Assembly (NCBI GenBank): GCA_964016885.1
Contig: OZ024742.1
Span: 361,646,001 to 361,710,000 of the forward strand
Direction of reading: 5' to 3'
DNA from: Eledone cirrhosa
Taxonomy: Eukaryota
DNA length: 64,000 nucleotides
How positions within the stretch are numbered: position 1 is the first letter of the stretch; every line of letters begins with the position of its first letter. A program made the position numbers and the translations under genes. Shown here piece by piece: positions 25,549 to 44,041 of the stretch. The notes beneath the pieces were generated by a model. That model made no database searches. It was not told where the DNA came from and was given only the letters and a program-made list of their open reading frames with translations.

Positions 25549-26330
25549 TGCAACAACTTCTACGTAGGTAGCACCACCAGACCACTCCACATAAGAATAA
25601 AAGAACACCTCAATACTAACGCTTCCTCATTTAAGAAACACCTAGTTAAATGCAAAAACACTGATAAAAACATAACAGTTAGGATAGAAACTAAAGAAAG
25701 AAACCTCGGTAATCTTAGAATCAAGGAAGCACTCATTATAGATAGAACACATCCACCAATCAATAATAGACTAGAGCTCAACACCCAATTTATAACCTGA
25801 TAGGGCCTCTAGCCCCACTTTACACACCCCACACACACGCACGCACACACCCCCACTTATTCTCTCTCACACATACACACACAAAACCAGTTCTAACACC
25901 AGATAACACCTACCCCCCACTTTTACGATTAGACCTATCTTCCCACACTCACACACACACACATACCTACACCTTCATGCTTTCTCCCACACATACAGGC
26001 ACGCATATAAAATTTACATAACACAACAAAAACATAAACAAACCCCTCTTAAAGGGAGACTACTCTTTACCCACCTAATTTTAATTCTTTGATATTAAAG
26101 TTAGAACTCTATACTATTTCCGGTCAGCATGGCTTCATTGGAAATTTAGACGCTGGTCTGAGACTTTTACTTCCCTCCGAAGAAGAGATATTATCTCGAA
26201 AATTAAGGACATTTAAATAAATTCAAGGTGAAAGACTAATTCTCACCAATATCTCTCACTATTGCATTCTTTTTCTATGTCCATATCTGCATTGTCTTGG
26301 CCTTATTACACATATTCTAACGTTTATACC
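25549..26330 (+). mobile_element. Inverted 3' fragment of PLE3 (GIY-YIG end + pLTR, HHR at 26174-26208)
   Basis: Reverse complement of ~22175-22954, joined directly to the 5' pLTR. Confidence 0.92.
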
Positions 26331-26333
26331 ATA

Positions 26334-27042
<709 letters not shown>

Positions 27043-27072
27043 CATATATATATATATGTATATATATATAAG

Positions 27073-27133
<61 letters not shown>

Positions 27134-27166
27134 ATATATATATGTATATATGTATGTATATATATG

Positions 27167-27199
<33 letters not shown>

Positions 27200-27228
27200 G
27201 TATATATACATATGTAAATATATATATG

Positions 27229-27266
<38 letters not shown>

Positions 27267-27309
27267 TGTATAGATGTATATATATATGTATATATATATG
27301 TTTATATAT

Positions 27310-27392
27310 GTGAGAAAAACCACAGACCCTCCATCTCAATTCACCTTTTGAAAATCAGAAGAACTGTGAAACCGGTAAAGGAACCAAATAAA
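27310..27392 (+). mobile_element. Family C fragment with U3-A8 hammerhead at 27344-27381
   Basis: cctt-TTGAAAA-tcagaagaactgt-GAAA-ccgg-TA-aagg. Confidence 0.7.
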
Positions 27393-27409
27393 TATATATA
27401 TAGGTAAAT

Positions 27410-30400
27410 ATGATTAGTTGTCTGTCAGAAATAGAAAAATCATTTACAAAACTACGCTGGAGCATCAAAAACAAAAACAACAATATACGCACACACATAT
27501 ACAACACATATCCCAACAACAGCAGACACACAGACACAAACAACAATAACAACAACACACACATCAACAACAACAACAATAACAACATACCCAGAAACAA
27601 CAACAACAGACACGCAGACACAAACAACAATAACAACACACACAACAACGATAACACACACGGAGACAACAACAACACACATCAACAACAGCACACATCA
27701 ACAACAACAACACACACGCATTCAATTCCTCCCACCACCACCACAATCTTAACAAACACACAGACACAGAAAACAAGTAATGACAGTAGCACAGAAATCA
27801 CAGAAATAAGGGAAAGTAATAGGATTAAAAGGAGAAGGGAGACTAAGGACAAAGAGAATAACCAAGACGAACACACAGACACACAAAATAGGGTAGATAA
27901 CAACATTGAGCCAGTGGAAAGAGACAGGAGTAATTATGAGAGACATAGAAACAACCATGAGGCTGTTGGTGGAAATAGAAATAGAAACAACACAACTAAC
28001 AATAACAATAGCACTAGTACACATAAAGCAGCAGCCTGGAACTCTCCGTTTTATAATCCCTCCGATAAATCATTCGACCTGAGACGAGTCCACGCCACGA
28101 CTTTACCATTTAACAAACGCACGCAGTTGCCGTCGCAGGTCGATGAACAAACAGAAGCACAATTTAGTATAGCTAGATCCGAACTTAGAAATATTATAGA
28201 ACAGTATAGCAAGAAGCATAATAGAATAGAGGCCCAGAAACTGGGAGAAAAATCTGCAAATGGCTTGCGTAAGCTCATGCAGCGCTCACGTAATGGAGAG
28301 ATAGCATGCTTTCGAACAGACAAGTCTGGCAGAATGTAGGTTGACAGCCTGCCAAACTACATCCAGGCAATGCAACCCCACATCACTAACACAAGAGAGG
28401 TAACACCACAGGAGCATGAGGATAGAGAAAAAGCCCTCAATGCCCATATGGTGATGTGGACGAATATAATGCAGCCCAACAAAAGGACTGCCAACAACTT
28501 CCAGGCCTGGAACAATGACGTGCCGGCGTTGTATGGGCTTCGAAAAGACCATAAAACGGGCTGTGACCCTGTCGCGGGACCACCAACACGGCCAGTCTGT
28601 GGAGCTAACATTGCTAGTAACTACAGACTGTCCTACTTCCTCTCCCTGATCATACGCCCCATCATTGAGATGTCCCCAGATGTATGTGACAGCACAGAGG
28701 ACCTCCTCAGCAGAATCGGCGTGAGTAACCGATCTGGGGACCTAACAAACTGCATAATAGGCAGTATGGATGTTGTGTCCCTGTATCCATCTATTGACGT
28801 GGATTTTGCTGTGGAGAAATGCGTAGAAATGATCAGCGAGAGCAAGGTTGAGTTCCGTGGGATGGATACCAGTGAGCTGGGACTTCTACTTAAGCTTACC
28901 CATAGTAATAGTTACCTAGACACATATGACCTTAGCAACCTGTGCCCTACAAGACCAGCAAGAGGCAGACGACCTACCATTACCTCAATGGCCAAGAAAA
29001 CCCACACAGATAGATGGAACGGGTGGACCAGAGCCATACGGACACCCGAAAACCACGATGAACTGAAGAAAATGATTGCACATGCGGTAGGGGCCAGCAT
29101 AAAATTAACCCTTAAGGAACATATGTTCAAATTTAATGGTAAAACATATGCCCAAGAGGAAGGAGCAGCCATTGGTGTTAGCATTGCAGGCGACATAGCT
29201 AACTTATTCATGGTATGGTGGGACAGTAGACTTAAACTTAAACTTAAAGAACAATTAGAAGACAGCTTAACCCTGATAATGTACTCCCGCTACGTATATG
29301 ATATAAACATCGTAGTTAAGACACCCCCACTAGAGAACAGTCAGGAACTAGAGAAAAACACAATGGAAAGCATCCAGCAAATAGCAAACTCCATCCACCA
29401 GAGCATTAGAGTTACTATAGACTACCCAAGTAGACACCCCAACCATCGATTACCTGTACTAGACACAGAGCTCTGGTTAGATACCATTAACAACCAAAAA
29501 CAAATCCTCCATTCCCATTATGCCAAACCCATGACTTCCAAACATCTGATCCACCGAAACTCGGCCATTTCGGACCATACCAAAATCAACATACTGATTG
29601 CGGATTTGGTACGGGTGATGAGAAATGTGTCCCGCATGTGCAACCCCAACGAACTAGAGAGACACATACAACACTTCATCCACCGAATGCAGTTCTCTGG
29701 CTACAATCAGAGAGATAGAATCAGAGTGTATAGAGGAGCCAGAACCAAATGGGAAAAAATGGTAAATAATGACATAAATGGGACCTGCCCCTTGTATAGG
29801 AGCAAATTTTGGAATAGAATAGAAAGAACTAGGAACAAGGCCAATAGAATAAACTCATGGTATGATAGCAATAAATACCAGAGTGCAATGTTCATCGATA
29901 CAACCCCTAGAGGCGAACTAGCCTATAAATTTAGAAGGGCCCTAAATAAACATAAACTCAATATTAAGATAGTAGAAAGACCAGGTACCTCCGAAAAAAC
30001 TCTTATTAGCAAGACATACCCGTTCCAAAGAGCCTCATGTATAGAAAAGAAATGTATAACTTGTAAAATAAGCCCCCATATTAACTGTAAAACTAGAAAT
30101 GTAGTGTATAGCATAAGATGTACTGAAGGACAATGTAGAAACAAAAATATAGTGTACATAGGTGAGACAGCTCGTAGTATAGGGGAACGAATAAATGAAC
30201 ACTGGCGAGACCTTCAAGATAATAAAGAATCATCTGTACTCTACCAACATGCTAAGATAGAACACAAGGGTAAATTAGAGAACATAGAAATAAAAATAGA
30301 ATCTACACACAGAAAAGATGCAATGTTTAGACAAATTACAGAGGCAATAAACATAAAAGAATTACAACCAAAATTAAATAGAAAATATGAGTGGAACAGC

Positions 30401-30421
30401 AACATCACAACTTACAATTAA
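27410..30421 (+). pseudogene. PLE2 RT-GIY-YIG polyprotein with in-frame TAG (28337-28339) and YVDD>YVYD
   Basis: TDKSG, LRKDHK, TRPVC, SMDVVSLYPS, GAAIG, SRYVYD, LPVLD, VVYSIRC..YIGET; Asn/Thr-rich N-terminus. Confidence 0.9.
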
Positions 30422-30625
30422 GGACAAAATGAAAACACACACACACATAGAACAAACAACCAACCAACAACATGTAAATAAATAAACAAATAGATAAATG
30501 AACACAAACACACACAGACACCCGGATGTGGCGCATGCGCAAACTGAGCACACAACACACACACAGAAACAAAATGGCGTAGGACAGAAGAAAGGAAAGG
30601 CACAGAAACAAAGAAAGGAATCCCC

Positions 30626-30670
30626 AGTCACTGAAGAGGTCACAGAGTGTGTGACGAAAGGACTATGACT
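30626..30670 (+). ncRNA. Minimal type I hammerhead (PLE2)
   Basis: agtca-CTGAAGA-g-gtcac/agagtgt/gtgac-GAAA-ggac-TA-tgact. Confidence 0.85.
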
Positions 30671-30892
30671 ATATATAAACAACTATCTGGTTGTGGAACC
30701 AACCAACCAACCAGAAATTTATAAAATTGTAGATTTGTAAATTTATAAGTTTGTAAATATATAATAAATTGAAGTGAAAGCAACTGGTGCGTGCGTTTCT
30801 TATTGGCAACATGACCCTCCCAAAGTATAACAATATCGGTTTCAACACACGATTTCAGATAAAGAATCTTGCTAAACAAATTCAGAAACGAA

Positions 30893-31095
<203 letters not shown>

Positions 31096-31110
31096 TATAT
31101 TATATATGTG

Positions 31111-31142
<32 letters not shown>

Positions 31143-31177
31143 AGTATATATATATATGTATATGTATATATATATAT

Positions 31178-31730
31178 GGTCGGGTCGTTGGCGACTAAAC
31201 TGGCAACCCCACCAACGTTTCTTGGTGAGGAGGGTGGCTTTGGACATCCTGCAGGACTAAAAACAAAACCTGTCAAAGGGCAAAGGAGGTCTTAAGAGTC
31301 AATGGCCATCCAAAATCACCGGGAGAGATGACCCCTTAGCCTTTGTCAAGGCAGAATTCTAGGAGAAGGAAAACTCTGATATAACACCTGTAACTCTGAT
31401 GGTATCCAATGATGTTGACTTGTTCTTCTTTTTGGTAAATATCATCTTGGTTAAGAGAGTGGGACTGGCTTTGTGCAGTGCCTTTGCTCACTATAAAAGC
31501 TTCACGGCACAGGCATTTCTTTATATCTGGAGATCGCTCTGCACTTGTCGTCACATGGTACCATGGGCCCAGCAGCTCTGTGACAATAATTGTCACAAGT
31601 ATAGTGTTTGTACCTGAGTTTTCAAGTCGTTGGCTGGACTAAAAAGTCACACTCGTTCAGCGCATCGGTAGGAGTTCTCCTACATGGATATAATGTAATG
31701 GCCGTACTCGAAAACGAGTTGGCAGCCAAC
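31178..31730 (+). mobile_element. Short RTE-derived non-autonomous element, second copy
   Basis: Reverse-complement homolog of 5258-5809. Confidence 0.65.
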
Positions 31731-32308
<578 letters not shown>

Positions 32309-35300
32309 TTAATACAAACAAATTAACAACACACCAAAACAATTAAAACCATCCACTCTCGCCTCTACATTTTTGCTTAACGCCCAAGGCATCAGCCCTT
32401 CCACCAATACTCAAAAATGGAAGATCAAATTCCTGGAGGACTGGATTGATGTCCATCCAAACCACATCCCTTTCTTCGTCCTCACTGAAACCCATCTCAG
32501 TAACCTCCACTTGGAAGCCGAGGTGAAAGTGAAAAATTTCAAAGCCATCCGTGCTGATCGCGCTGGCAGAAGAAAGGGCGGAACTGCCATTTATGTCCAT
32601 AATTCTTTCTCAACAGAGGCTATGAACACATTCACTAATGGATACTGTGAAGCAGTCACTGTATTCAGTCAAACCAACAACCTATTAGTAGTTGGGCTCT
32701 ATAGGCCACCCCAAACGCCTGTACCATGCTTCAAGGAATGCCTCAACAGCATAAAGTGTTTCATCCAAGAGTGTCACCCTGACAACATCTTAATGATGGG
32801 GGACTTCAACCTCCCCGGAGTTGACTGGTCCACAAACAGCCTGCCACCAGGTTGTTCTGCCTCAACCTCTGACAGGGAAGCTGTGGAATCGCTTCTTGAC
32901 TTCATGGATGATTTCTTCCTATCCCAACTGGTGCTCGAACCAACGAGGTGCCACAAAAACGTCCTAGACTTAATTTTCAGCAATCACACTGACAATATCC
33001 ACAATATTGCAGTGGAGAAAACTCTACTCTCTGATCATGACATGGTTCTCTGTGATCTGAGATTCCACCGTCCAATATACAAACCCAATGTCATCTCTCC
33101 TGTCCATCCGTTTGACGCTATGGATTTCCACAATGCAAACTGGGAAGCGATCAGTCATGATCTTGCACATGTCGACTGGTCCTTCACGCACACTCATACA
33201 CCCACTAACATCAAAAAGTCCTGGCAGACATTTGTGGACACTGTTACAAACATATGTGCTAAACACACCCCATTAAGAACTATAAACAAATCTAAGAGCA
33301 GAATCCCTAGAAATAGAAAAACGCTCATCCGAAAAATTAAGAGAACGAACAAAAAAAATCAACAAGCTGAAATACTGTCAGCAGCAACACATCAACTTGA
33401 CTGCCATTTCATCACTAGAGATTAAAAAACATAACCTCCAAAACAACATAATGTCCCTCATCAACAATCAGAGAAGAGCTGAAGAGGCCTGGGCCATTGA
33501 GAAGATCAAACTCAATCCCAAAGTGTTCTTTTCATTTGCAAAAAAACACAAAATCACTGGCTCTACTGTTGGCCCTCTAATTGATGAAAATGGCACTCTT
33601 CAAGACAATGCTAAAACCATGGGTGAGATACTGCAGAAACAATACTGCTCTGTTTTCAGCAATCCTGATATGGCCGATCTGGGCTGTATCGGCGATGTTA
33701 CTCCCCATTACACCTTATCGGACATAACGTTTGGCGCCCCTGATGTCTTGGCGGCAATAAAGGAAATCAAGCATAATTCAGCAGTAGGTCCCGATAGGTT
33801 CCCTGCTTGTGTCTTGAAGGCGTGTCAACACCAACTTGCATCTCCTCTTGCCAATCTGTGGCGGAACTCACTGGATGCTGGATATGTGCCAGAAAACCTT
33901 CTATCCCAGTCTGTTGTCCCAGTTTTCAAAAAGGGAAACAAATCCCTTGCCGTGAATTACCGTCCAATCTCACTCACCTCTCATATCCTTAAGGTATTTG
34001 AGAGAGTGGTGAGATCGCAAATGACCCACTTCCTTGAGAGTAACAATATGCTGAACTCCAACCAGCATGGATTCCGTAATGGAAGGGATTGCCTGACGCA
34101 GCTACTGCATCACTTTGATGACATTTTGAGAGCCTTGGGAGAGGGTTCCAACACTGATGTTATCTACCTTGATTTCAGCAAGGCCTTTGACAGGGTTGAT
34201 CATAACATTCTACTGCGAAAGCTGTCCAATATTGGTGTCACTGGAAAGCTGCTGCAGTGGATCAAGAGCTTCCTGTCAAACAGAACCCAACATGTTGTAG
34301 TTGAGGGAGTCAAATCAAGCCCAGCCAAAGTCAGTAGTGGGTCCCACAAGGCACTGTGTTGGGCCCACTTCTCTTCATCATCTATATTAATGACATCACT
34401 GACATCATCAAACACAGCAACATTAAAATTTTCGCTGATGATTCCAAGCTCCAAAAGGTCATCAATGGCGTGGATGACCGGATAAGCCTTCAGTCAGACC
34501 TACTGGCTGTTACCCAATGGGCAGAAAAGAACAACATGTTACTGAACGAAGACAAATTCGAACTGATCCACTTTGGAAAAGAGGATGCTCTGAAACTCCC
34601 GTACTCCCTTCCCTCCGGGGAAACTCTCGTGGCATCTAACAACATCAGAGACTTGGGAGTAACCGTGGACAGCAACATAAGCTGGACCACGCATATAAGC
34701 AGCAAAGTTGACATGGCCCGCAGAATGTGTTCCTGGATCCTCAGAACCTTCCAGTCGAGAGATTCCCGCACCATTATCCTTCTCTTCTCTACTTTCGCCC
34801 GACCACACCTTGAATACTGTTGTCCACTGTGGTCTCCCCACACGAAACAAAGTATCATGAAACTTGAAGCTCCTCAAAGGGCAATCACGAAAAAGATAGA
34901 TGGCATGTCAGACCTTGACTACTGGGGTCGATTAGAAAACCTGAAACTTTACTCACTCCAACGTCGCCGTGAGCGTTATATTATCTGCATGATGTGGAAA
35001 ATGTTCCATCATCACTGCCCAAATGATGTTGGCATCGCCTTCAAGATACACCCAAGGCTTGGGCCCCGTGCTATCCGTCCCATTCAAAAATCTAAATCGC
35101 AACTCATAACAACAATACGGCACAATTATTTCACCTCAATTGGCCCTGCTCTCTTCAACATCACACCAGGACACGTCAAAACAGAAACTGACCACACAAA
35201 ATTCAAGAAGTCTTTGGACAAATTCCTCCAAGTAATCCCGGACAAACCACCCACACCCGGATATGTCTCCGCAAACAGTAATTCTCTTCTCGAATGGGCC

Positions 35301-35406
35301 ATGGTGCCCAAATCCTGAATTGAAAGACTTCGCCAGGTGGTGCTATTAAGTTAGACATGGCCTGGGCCAATACTGGCCAAAACATTTCAAAGTTATTCAA
35401 AGTTAT
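32309..35406 (+). mobile_element. CR1-group LINE family F with whole ORF2 (APE + RT), two frameshifts
   Basis: LNAQG, LTETHL, GGTAIYV, YRPP, GDFN, PTR..VLDL, SDH; RT FADD; tail TTCAAAGTTA. Confidence 0.93.
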
Positions 35407-35408
35407 TT

Positions 35409-35529
<121 letters not shown>

Positions 35530-35558
35530 GTATATATATATATGTATATATATATATG

Positions 35559-35590
<32 letters not shown>

Positions 35591-35607
35591 CATGTATATA
35601 TATATAT

Positions 35608-35649
<42 letters not shown>

Positions 35650-35676
35650 ATATATATATGTTTATATATATATATA

Positions 35677-35721
<45 letters not shown>

Positions 35722-35737
35722 TATATATATATATATA

Positions 35738-35841
<104 letters not shown>

Positions 35842-35965
35842 CATATATATATATGTGTATATATATATATATACATATATATACATATATATACATATAT
35901 ATATAATATATATATACATCATATATATATTATATATACATATATATACATATATATACATTATA

Positions 35966-36026
<61 letters not shown>

Positions 36027-36190
36027 CATATATATATATATATACATATTATATATATATGTATATATATATATGTATATATATATATATGTATATACAG
36101 GAAAAGGAAAGGGACAAAGAAAAGGAGGAGAGCACAAAGCACGGGACCTGAAGAAATGATATACCCTCCGCTACAGGCAGGGAGGGCAGG

Positions 36191-36390
36191 NNNNNNNNNN
36201 NNNNNNNNNNNNNNNNNNNNNNNNNNNNNNNNNNNNNNNNNNNNNNNNNNNNNNNNNNNNNNNNNNNNNNNNNNNNNNNNNNNNNNNNNNNNNNNNNNNN
36301 NNNNNNNNNNNNNNNNNNNNNNNNNNNNNNNNNNNNNNNNNNNNNNNNNNNNNNNNNNNNNNNNNNNNNNNNNNNNNNNNNNNNNNNNNN
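36191..36390. other. Assembly gap (200 N)
   Basis: Direct reading. Confidence 1.
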
Positions 36391-39300
36391 AAACTGGTCG
36401 AAGATGGAACTAGCGGTTTTGATCAAGGGGGTGGACTATGGCTGATGGTCTCCACCAAGCAAAAAGATGGCGGAGAACCTGAAGAGCCATGGGTTTCTGA
36501 GGACCCTGGTACAGATAGAGAGAAAGAGAAAAGAAATTGAGAAGGCGTATGTCCTCATAGCGCCTCATATGGCGATGCTAAGCCGTGTCCTCAGGGAGGA
36601 GAAAACCGAGGGAGGGATGAGGAGAAGGACAGGGATGGGGAAAAAGAAAAAAGAAAAAGAAAAAGAAAAGGAGGAGAGCACAAGCACGGACCTGAAAGAA
36701 AATGATATACCCTCCGCTACAGGCAGGGGAGGCCGGGCAACCAACAAGCTAAGGGCAAAGGTGAAAAGCGAAATCACATTCCGAAGGAGAACCAAGCGCA
36801 GAGGGACCAGTGGACAACTGTTCAAAGAAAGAACAGAAAGCACCGAGACACTGGGAGCAAAAAACCCCAAGTAATGTGCAAGTTTTTCAAGAACGGGACA
36901 TGCTGGCATGGAGAGACAGGGATGGGATGCAGATTCGCCCACCCTAGGTCTCAAACGAACTATGCCCATCATACTCGCGCAACATGCCCCAGCCTAAGCC
37001 GAAATAAGCCGCTCCAGAAGTATGCTGATGTCGCGCGTGCTGCACCAACAAGGAGAAGGCACGCACATGCCGACGAGATACAGATGGCAGCAGCAGATCA
37101 GAAAATGTTTATAGTGATGGCAGAGAAGATTGTGGGACAGCTGACCTGGCTGCATCGTCTCCAGAGCCAGGGTCATCCACACCAGCACTCGAGACCACCG
37201 CAGTTAAGGGACCCAGAGTGGCCGCCGCTGACACCAGACCAGGTGTCATACCGACAGCCATTACTGGCACCCCAAAAGTCACACCAGTGCTGCTGCTGAA
37301 TGTCAGGGGCCTGGTGAAACTCAGCAACATGAGTAAAATTTCCTACCTGGGAGACTTAGCCATAAGCAATCAAGCACTATGCATGGCACTAACCGAAACG
37401 CACCTGAAAAGCAGTATAGCAGATGCAGAAATACATATACCGAATATACTGTATTTCGTTCGGACAGGAAGGAGAGAACTCATGGTGGGGTTGCTCTGTA
37501 TATCCGTGAAGATGTCACACCAATTGTACTGTTGATACATTCAAACTCAGTCTGTGACACACTGATATATGAAGCAACTACAGACGGTAATATGTGTCAC
37601 ATATCGGCCGCCCGATGCCCCCAGTCATGAGGGTAAATTTGAGGATAGCCTAAGTAGGATAGAAGAGGTCCTTGACAAACTGGACCAGGGTCTCAACATC
37701 CTACTGCTGGGAGACTTCAACCTACCAAAGGTCAAATGGCCTGAGGGCCACCTCCTCCCTGGAATGACGTCAATAGAACAGAGACAGACGGAATCCCTGC
37801 TGGCCCTCACACACAGGCTGTTCATGGAGCAAGCAATACTCCTCCCAACAAGAGGCGAAAATGTCCTGGACCTCTGTTTTACAAACAACGAAGTGCTCAT
37901 CCACAATGTAAAGGTGACACCAACAATTCTCTCGGATCATAACTTGGTAGAGCTAATGATATGTGGTCCGAGAGAACCAACAGAGACAAAACCACCAAGA
38001 AGCTCCGGGACGCTATCCAGCCTTAACTTCTACGGGGCTGACTGGAAGAAGATTAAGAGTGAAATCCGGAAGCAAACATGGAGTGCAAACATCGCCACAC
38101 AAGACACTAACACACAATTTCAACACTTCATGACAACGATACACACCATATGCAAAAAGTGTGTCCCGGAGAAAGAGGCAAACAGACACAAAAATCTTAT
38201 TCCCAGAGATAGGAAAATCCTTATGAGACGTAGAACTAAACTCTCAAACCAGTTGAATAGTCAACAAAACCAAAACAAGAAGGAATCCTATTTGAAACGT
38301 GCACTACTTGACACCGAGATTGAACTCAAGCTTTCACATGAGAATGAGAGGGCAAGGAAAGAGAACAGGGCCATAGAAAACATTAAAACAAACCCTAAGG
38401 CCTTCTTTAAATTTAGAAACTGCCTCAGTACACTGCAAGATTGGACCACTCTTCCACACGGACGGTTCATTAACCGAAAATCCCCAAGAGATATGTGAAA
38501 TACTGAACGAACAGTACAAAAGTGTCTTCACATGTCCACTGAGGCACATGCAAATAACGAAGCCAGAGGAGTTCTTTGATGCCACAACACTACATCAAGA
38601 AATGGCAACCATCAACAACATAGACATAACGGAGGAGGATGTGGTGTACGCCATTGATGAAATTAGAACAGACTCGGCTGCTGGACCTGATGGATTCCCA
38701 GCAGTTCTCCTAAAAATATGTAAGCGGGCCTTTGCAACTCCACTGAAGATGCTCTTCAGAAGCTCCTTGGCTAGCGGTGTACTACCCAGGGAGCTGAAAG
38801 AAGGCACAATATGCCCTATCCATAAAGGAGGTAGTAGAGCGGAGGCCAAGAACTATAGGCCAGTCTCCCTGACGTCGCATATCAGTAAGGTCATGGAGCG
38901 AGTCGTCAGAAAGAAACTAATCACTTTCCTCGAAGAAAATGACCGCCTGACTAGCACGCAACATGGCATCCGCCCAGGAAGAAGCTGCCTTACACAGCTG
39001 CTACATCACTACGACTGGGTACTGAGACAACTACTAGACAGCTCACATGTAGACGTGATATATCTTGACTTTGCGAAGGCCTTTGACAAGGTCGACCACG
39101 GAATGATGTGTCACAAACTACACGGACTCGGCATAACTGGAAAAGTAGGTGAGTGGCTGCATGGCTTCCTAAGGGACAGAAGCCAGGCAGTCGCAGCAAA
39201 TGGGGCCCTCTCGAGGGAAACACCGATAACAAGTAGGGTGCCTCAGGGGACAGTCCTGGGACCACTACTGTTTTTGGTGGCTCTCTCGGACATGCCCTCT

Positions 39301-40291
39301 GTGGTGCATGCAACAACATCACTCACTAACTATGCTGATGACACTAAGGTAGCACAGGCAATCAAAAACCCGGCTGACGCTGCCCTTTTACAGCAGGATC
39401 TGGATGCCATATACAGATGGGCGGAAGAAAACAACATGCAGTTTAATGCTGGCAAATTCCAAGCCCTACCATACAAACCTGCAAACACAAACACAAATAT
39501 AGCGGAACACAGCTACACAGGACCAGGAGGGACCGATATCCCCGTGTCAAAATCGATACGAGACCTGGGCATAGACATGAGCGATGATGCATCTTTTTCT
39601 TCACACATCATGAAGGTGGCGACAGCATGTAGACGATTCGCTGGCTGGATCTTGAGGACTTTCCTTACAAGAGATCGAGACACCATGTTGACACTGTGGA
39701 TGACTTTTGTCCTAAGCCGCCTGGACTACTGCTCCCAGCTGTGGTCACCCCATAGTGTCAAACTAACCACAGAGCTTGAGGCAATCCAGCGAAGCTACAC
39801 CAAGAGGATTGCCAAGATGAGGGAGACAAGCTACTGGGAGAGGCTGAAGGAACTGAACCTCTACTCCTTGGAGCGAAGACGGGAGAGATACGCAGTGATC
39901 TACATGTGGAAAATCCTGGAGGGACTAGCACCAAACTTTGGCATTGGGAGCTGGACCAACCGTCGAACAGGACGTCACTGTGTGGTGCCAAAGGTCCCGT
40001 CTTCCACATCTAGAATAAGGAGCAGGTATTGCAATAGCCTGGGATTCAAGGGCCCTCAACTCTTCAACAGGCTGCCGAGGCATCTGCGAGACTTGCATGA
40101 CGTGGAGGTGGATGTCTTTAAGAAACATCTCGACACCTTGTTATCCAGGATCCCGGATGAGCCCACAACAAAACTCCCTCCTACACCAGTGGCCAACCTA
40201 TACAGGCTGGAGATAAAATGTGTAGCAACAAGGGCGGTGCCCCCAGCATGGCCTCAGCCGGATGGCTGAAACAGGTAAAAGAGTAAAAGAG
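36391..40291 (+). mobile_element. CR1-group LINE family G, near full length (ORF1 remnant with CCCH finger; ORF2 APE + RT), disrupted
   Basis: CKFFKNGTCWHGETGMGCRFAHP; LNVRGL, LTETHL, GDFN, SDH; YLDFAKAFD, YADD, LYSLERRRERY; tail (GTAAAAGA)n. Confidence 0.92.
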
Positions 40292-40304
40292 TATATATAT
40301 ATAC

Positions 40305-40379
<75 letters not shown>

Positions 40380-40405
40380 ATATACATATATATTATATAT
40401 ACTAC

Positions 40406-40436
<31 letters not shown>

Positions 40437-40507
40437 CATATATATATATACATATATATATATACATGTATATATATACATATATATATACATATATATA
40501 TATATAT

Positions 40508-41190
<683 letters not shown>

Positions 41191-41363
41191 AAAAATCAAC
41201 AGACACATTCACAAAAAAAACATACTCACTCACACACTCACGCGCAACCATAAACAACACATACACATACACATATACACACATAAAACACACACACATA
41301 TATATAAATATATTTAATATACATACATATACATACACACATACATATATATAATATAATATA

Positions 41364-41395
<32 letters not shown>

Positions 41396-41432
41396 CGTAC
41401 ACACACACATATAAATACATACACACACACAT

Positions 41433-41477
<45 letters not shown>

Positions 41478-41575
41478 CACATATTTAATACACTCACACA
41501 CATACATACAAACACAAATATACATGTGTATACATATACACACAAATACACATAGATATATATACATATATATAC

Positions 41576-41663
<88 letters not shown>

Positions 41664-41704
41664 CATACACACACATATATATATATACACACACATACAC
41701 ACTA

Positions 41705-41865
<161 letters not shown>

Positions 41866-42161
41866 CACATATATACACATATATACTCACATATATACTC
41901 ACGCAGACGCAAAACTCCCGTATACACATAGCCAAACCCTAAATGCCAGAATATGTAAAAATTATACGCCATAACAGTCAAATATACATACGAGAAGGTA
42001 TACATACCTTCACAAAACATACGGGTAATATATACTTACCTATGCAAATAAGTAAAGGAATAAACAAAACATATACTTAGCTCCCACATCAAGACGTAAA
42101 ATATCCACGTATAGATCGTGCTATCCGTTAGGGTATAACGTGGGGCTGTAATACAGGAAAG

Positions 42162-43892
<1,731 letters not shown>

Positions 43893-43893
43893 G

Positions 43894-43956
<63 letters not shown>

Positions 43957-44041
43957 TTATTAAAATAACAGATTAAAGTTTAAGCAAAGAATCGCTGCTT
44001 TCACCCTTAACGGGATCTTATATATATATATATATATGTAT

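Noticed and set aside
36098-36190. LINE G ORF1-like piece duplicated before the gap (similar to ~36645-36735)
   Set aside because: Adjacent to an N gap, so a real duplication cannot be distinguished from a scaffolding artefact
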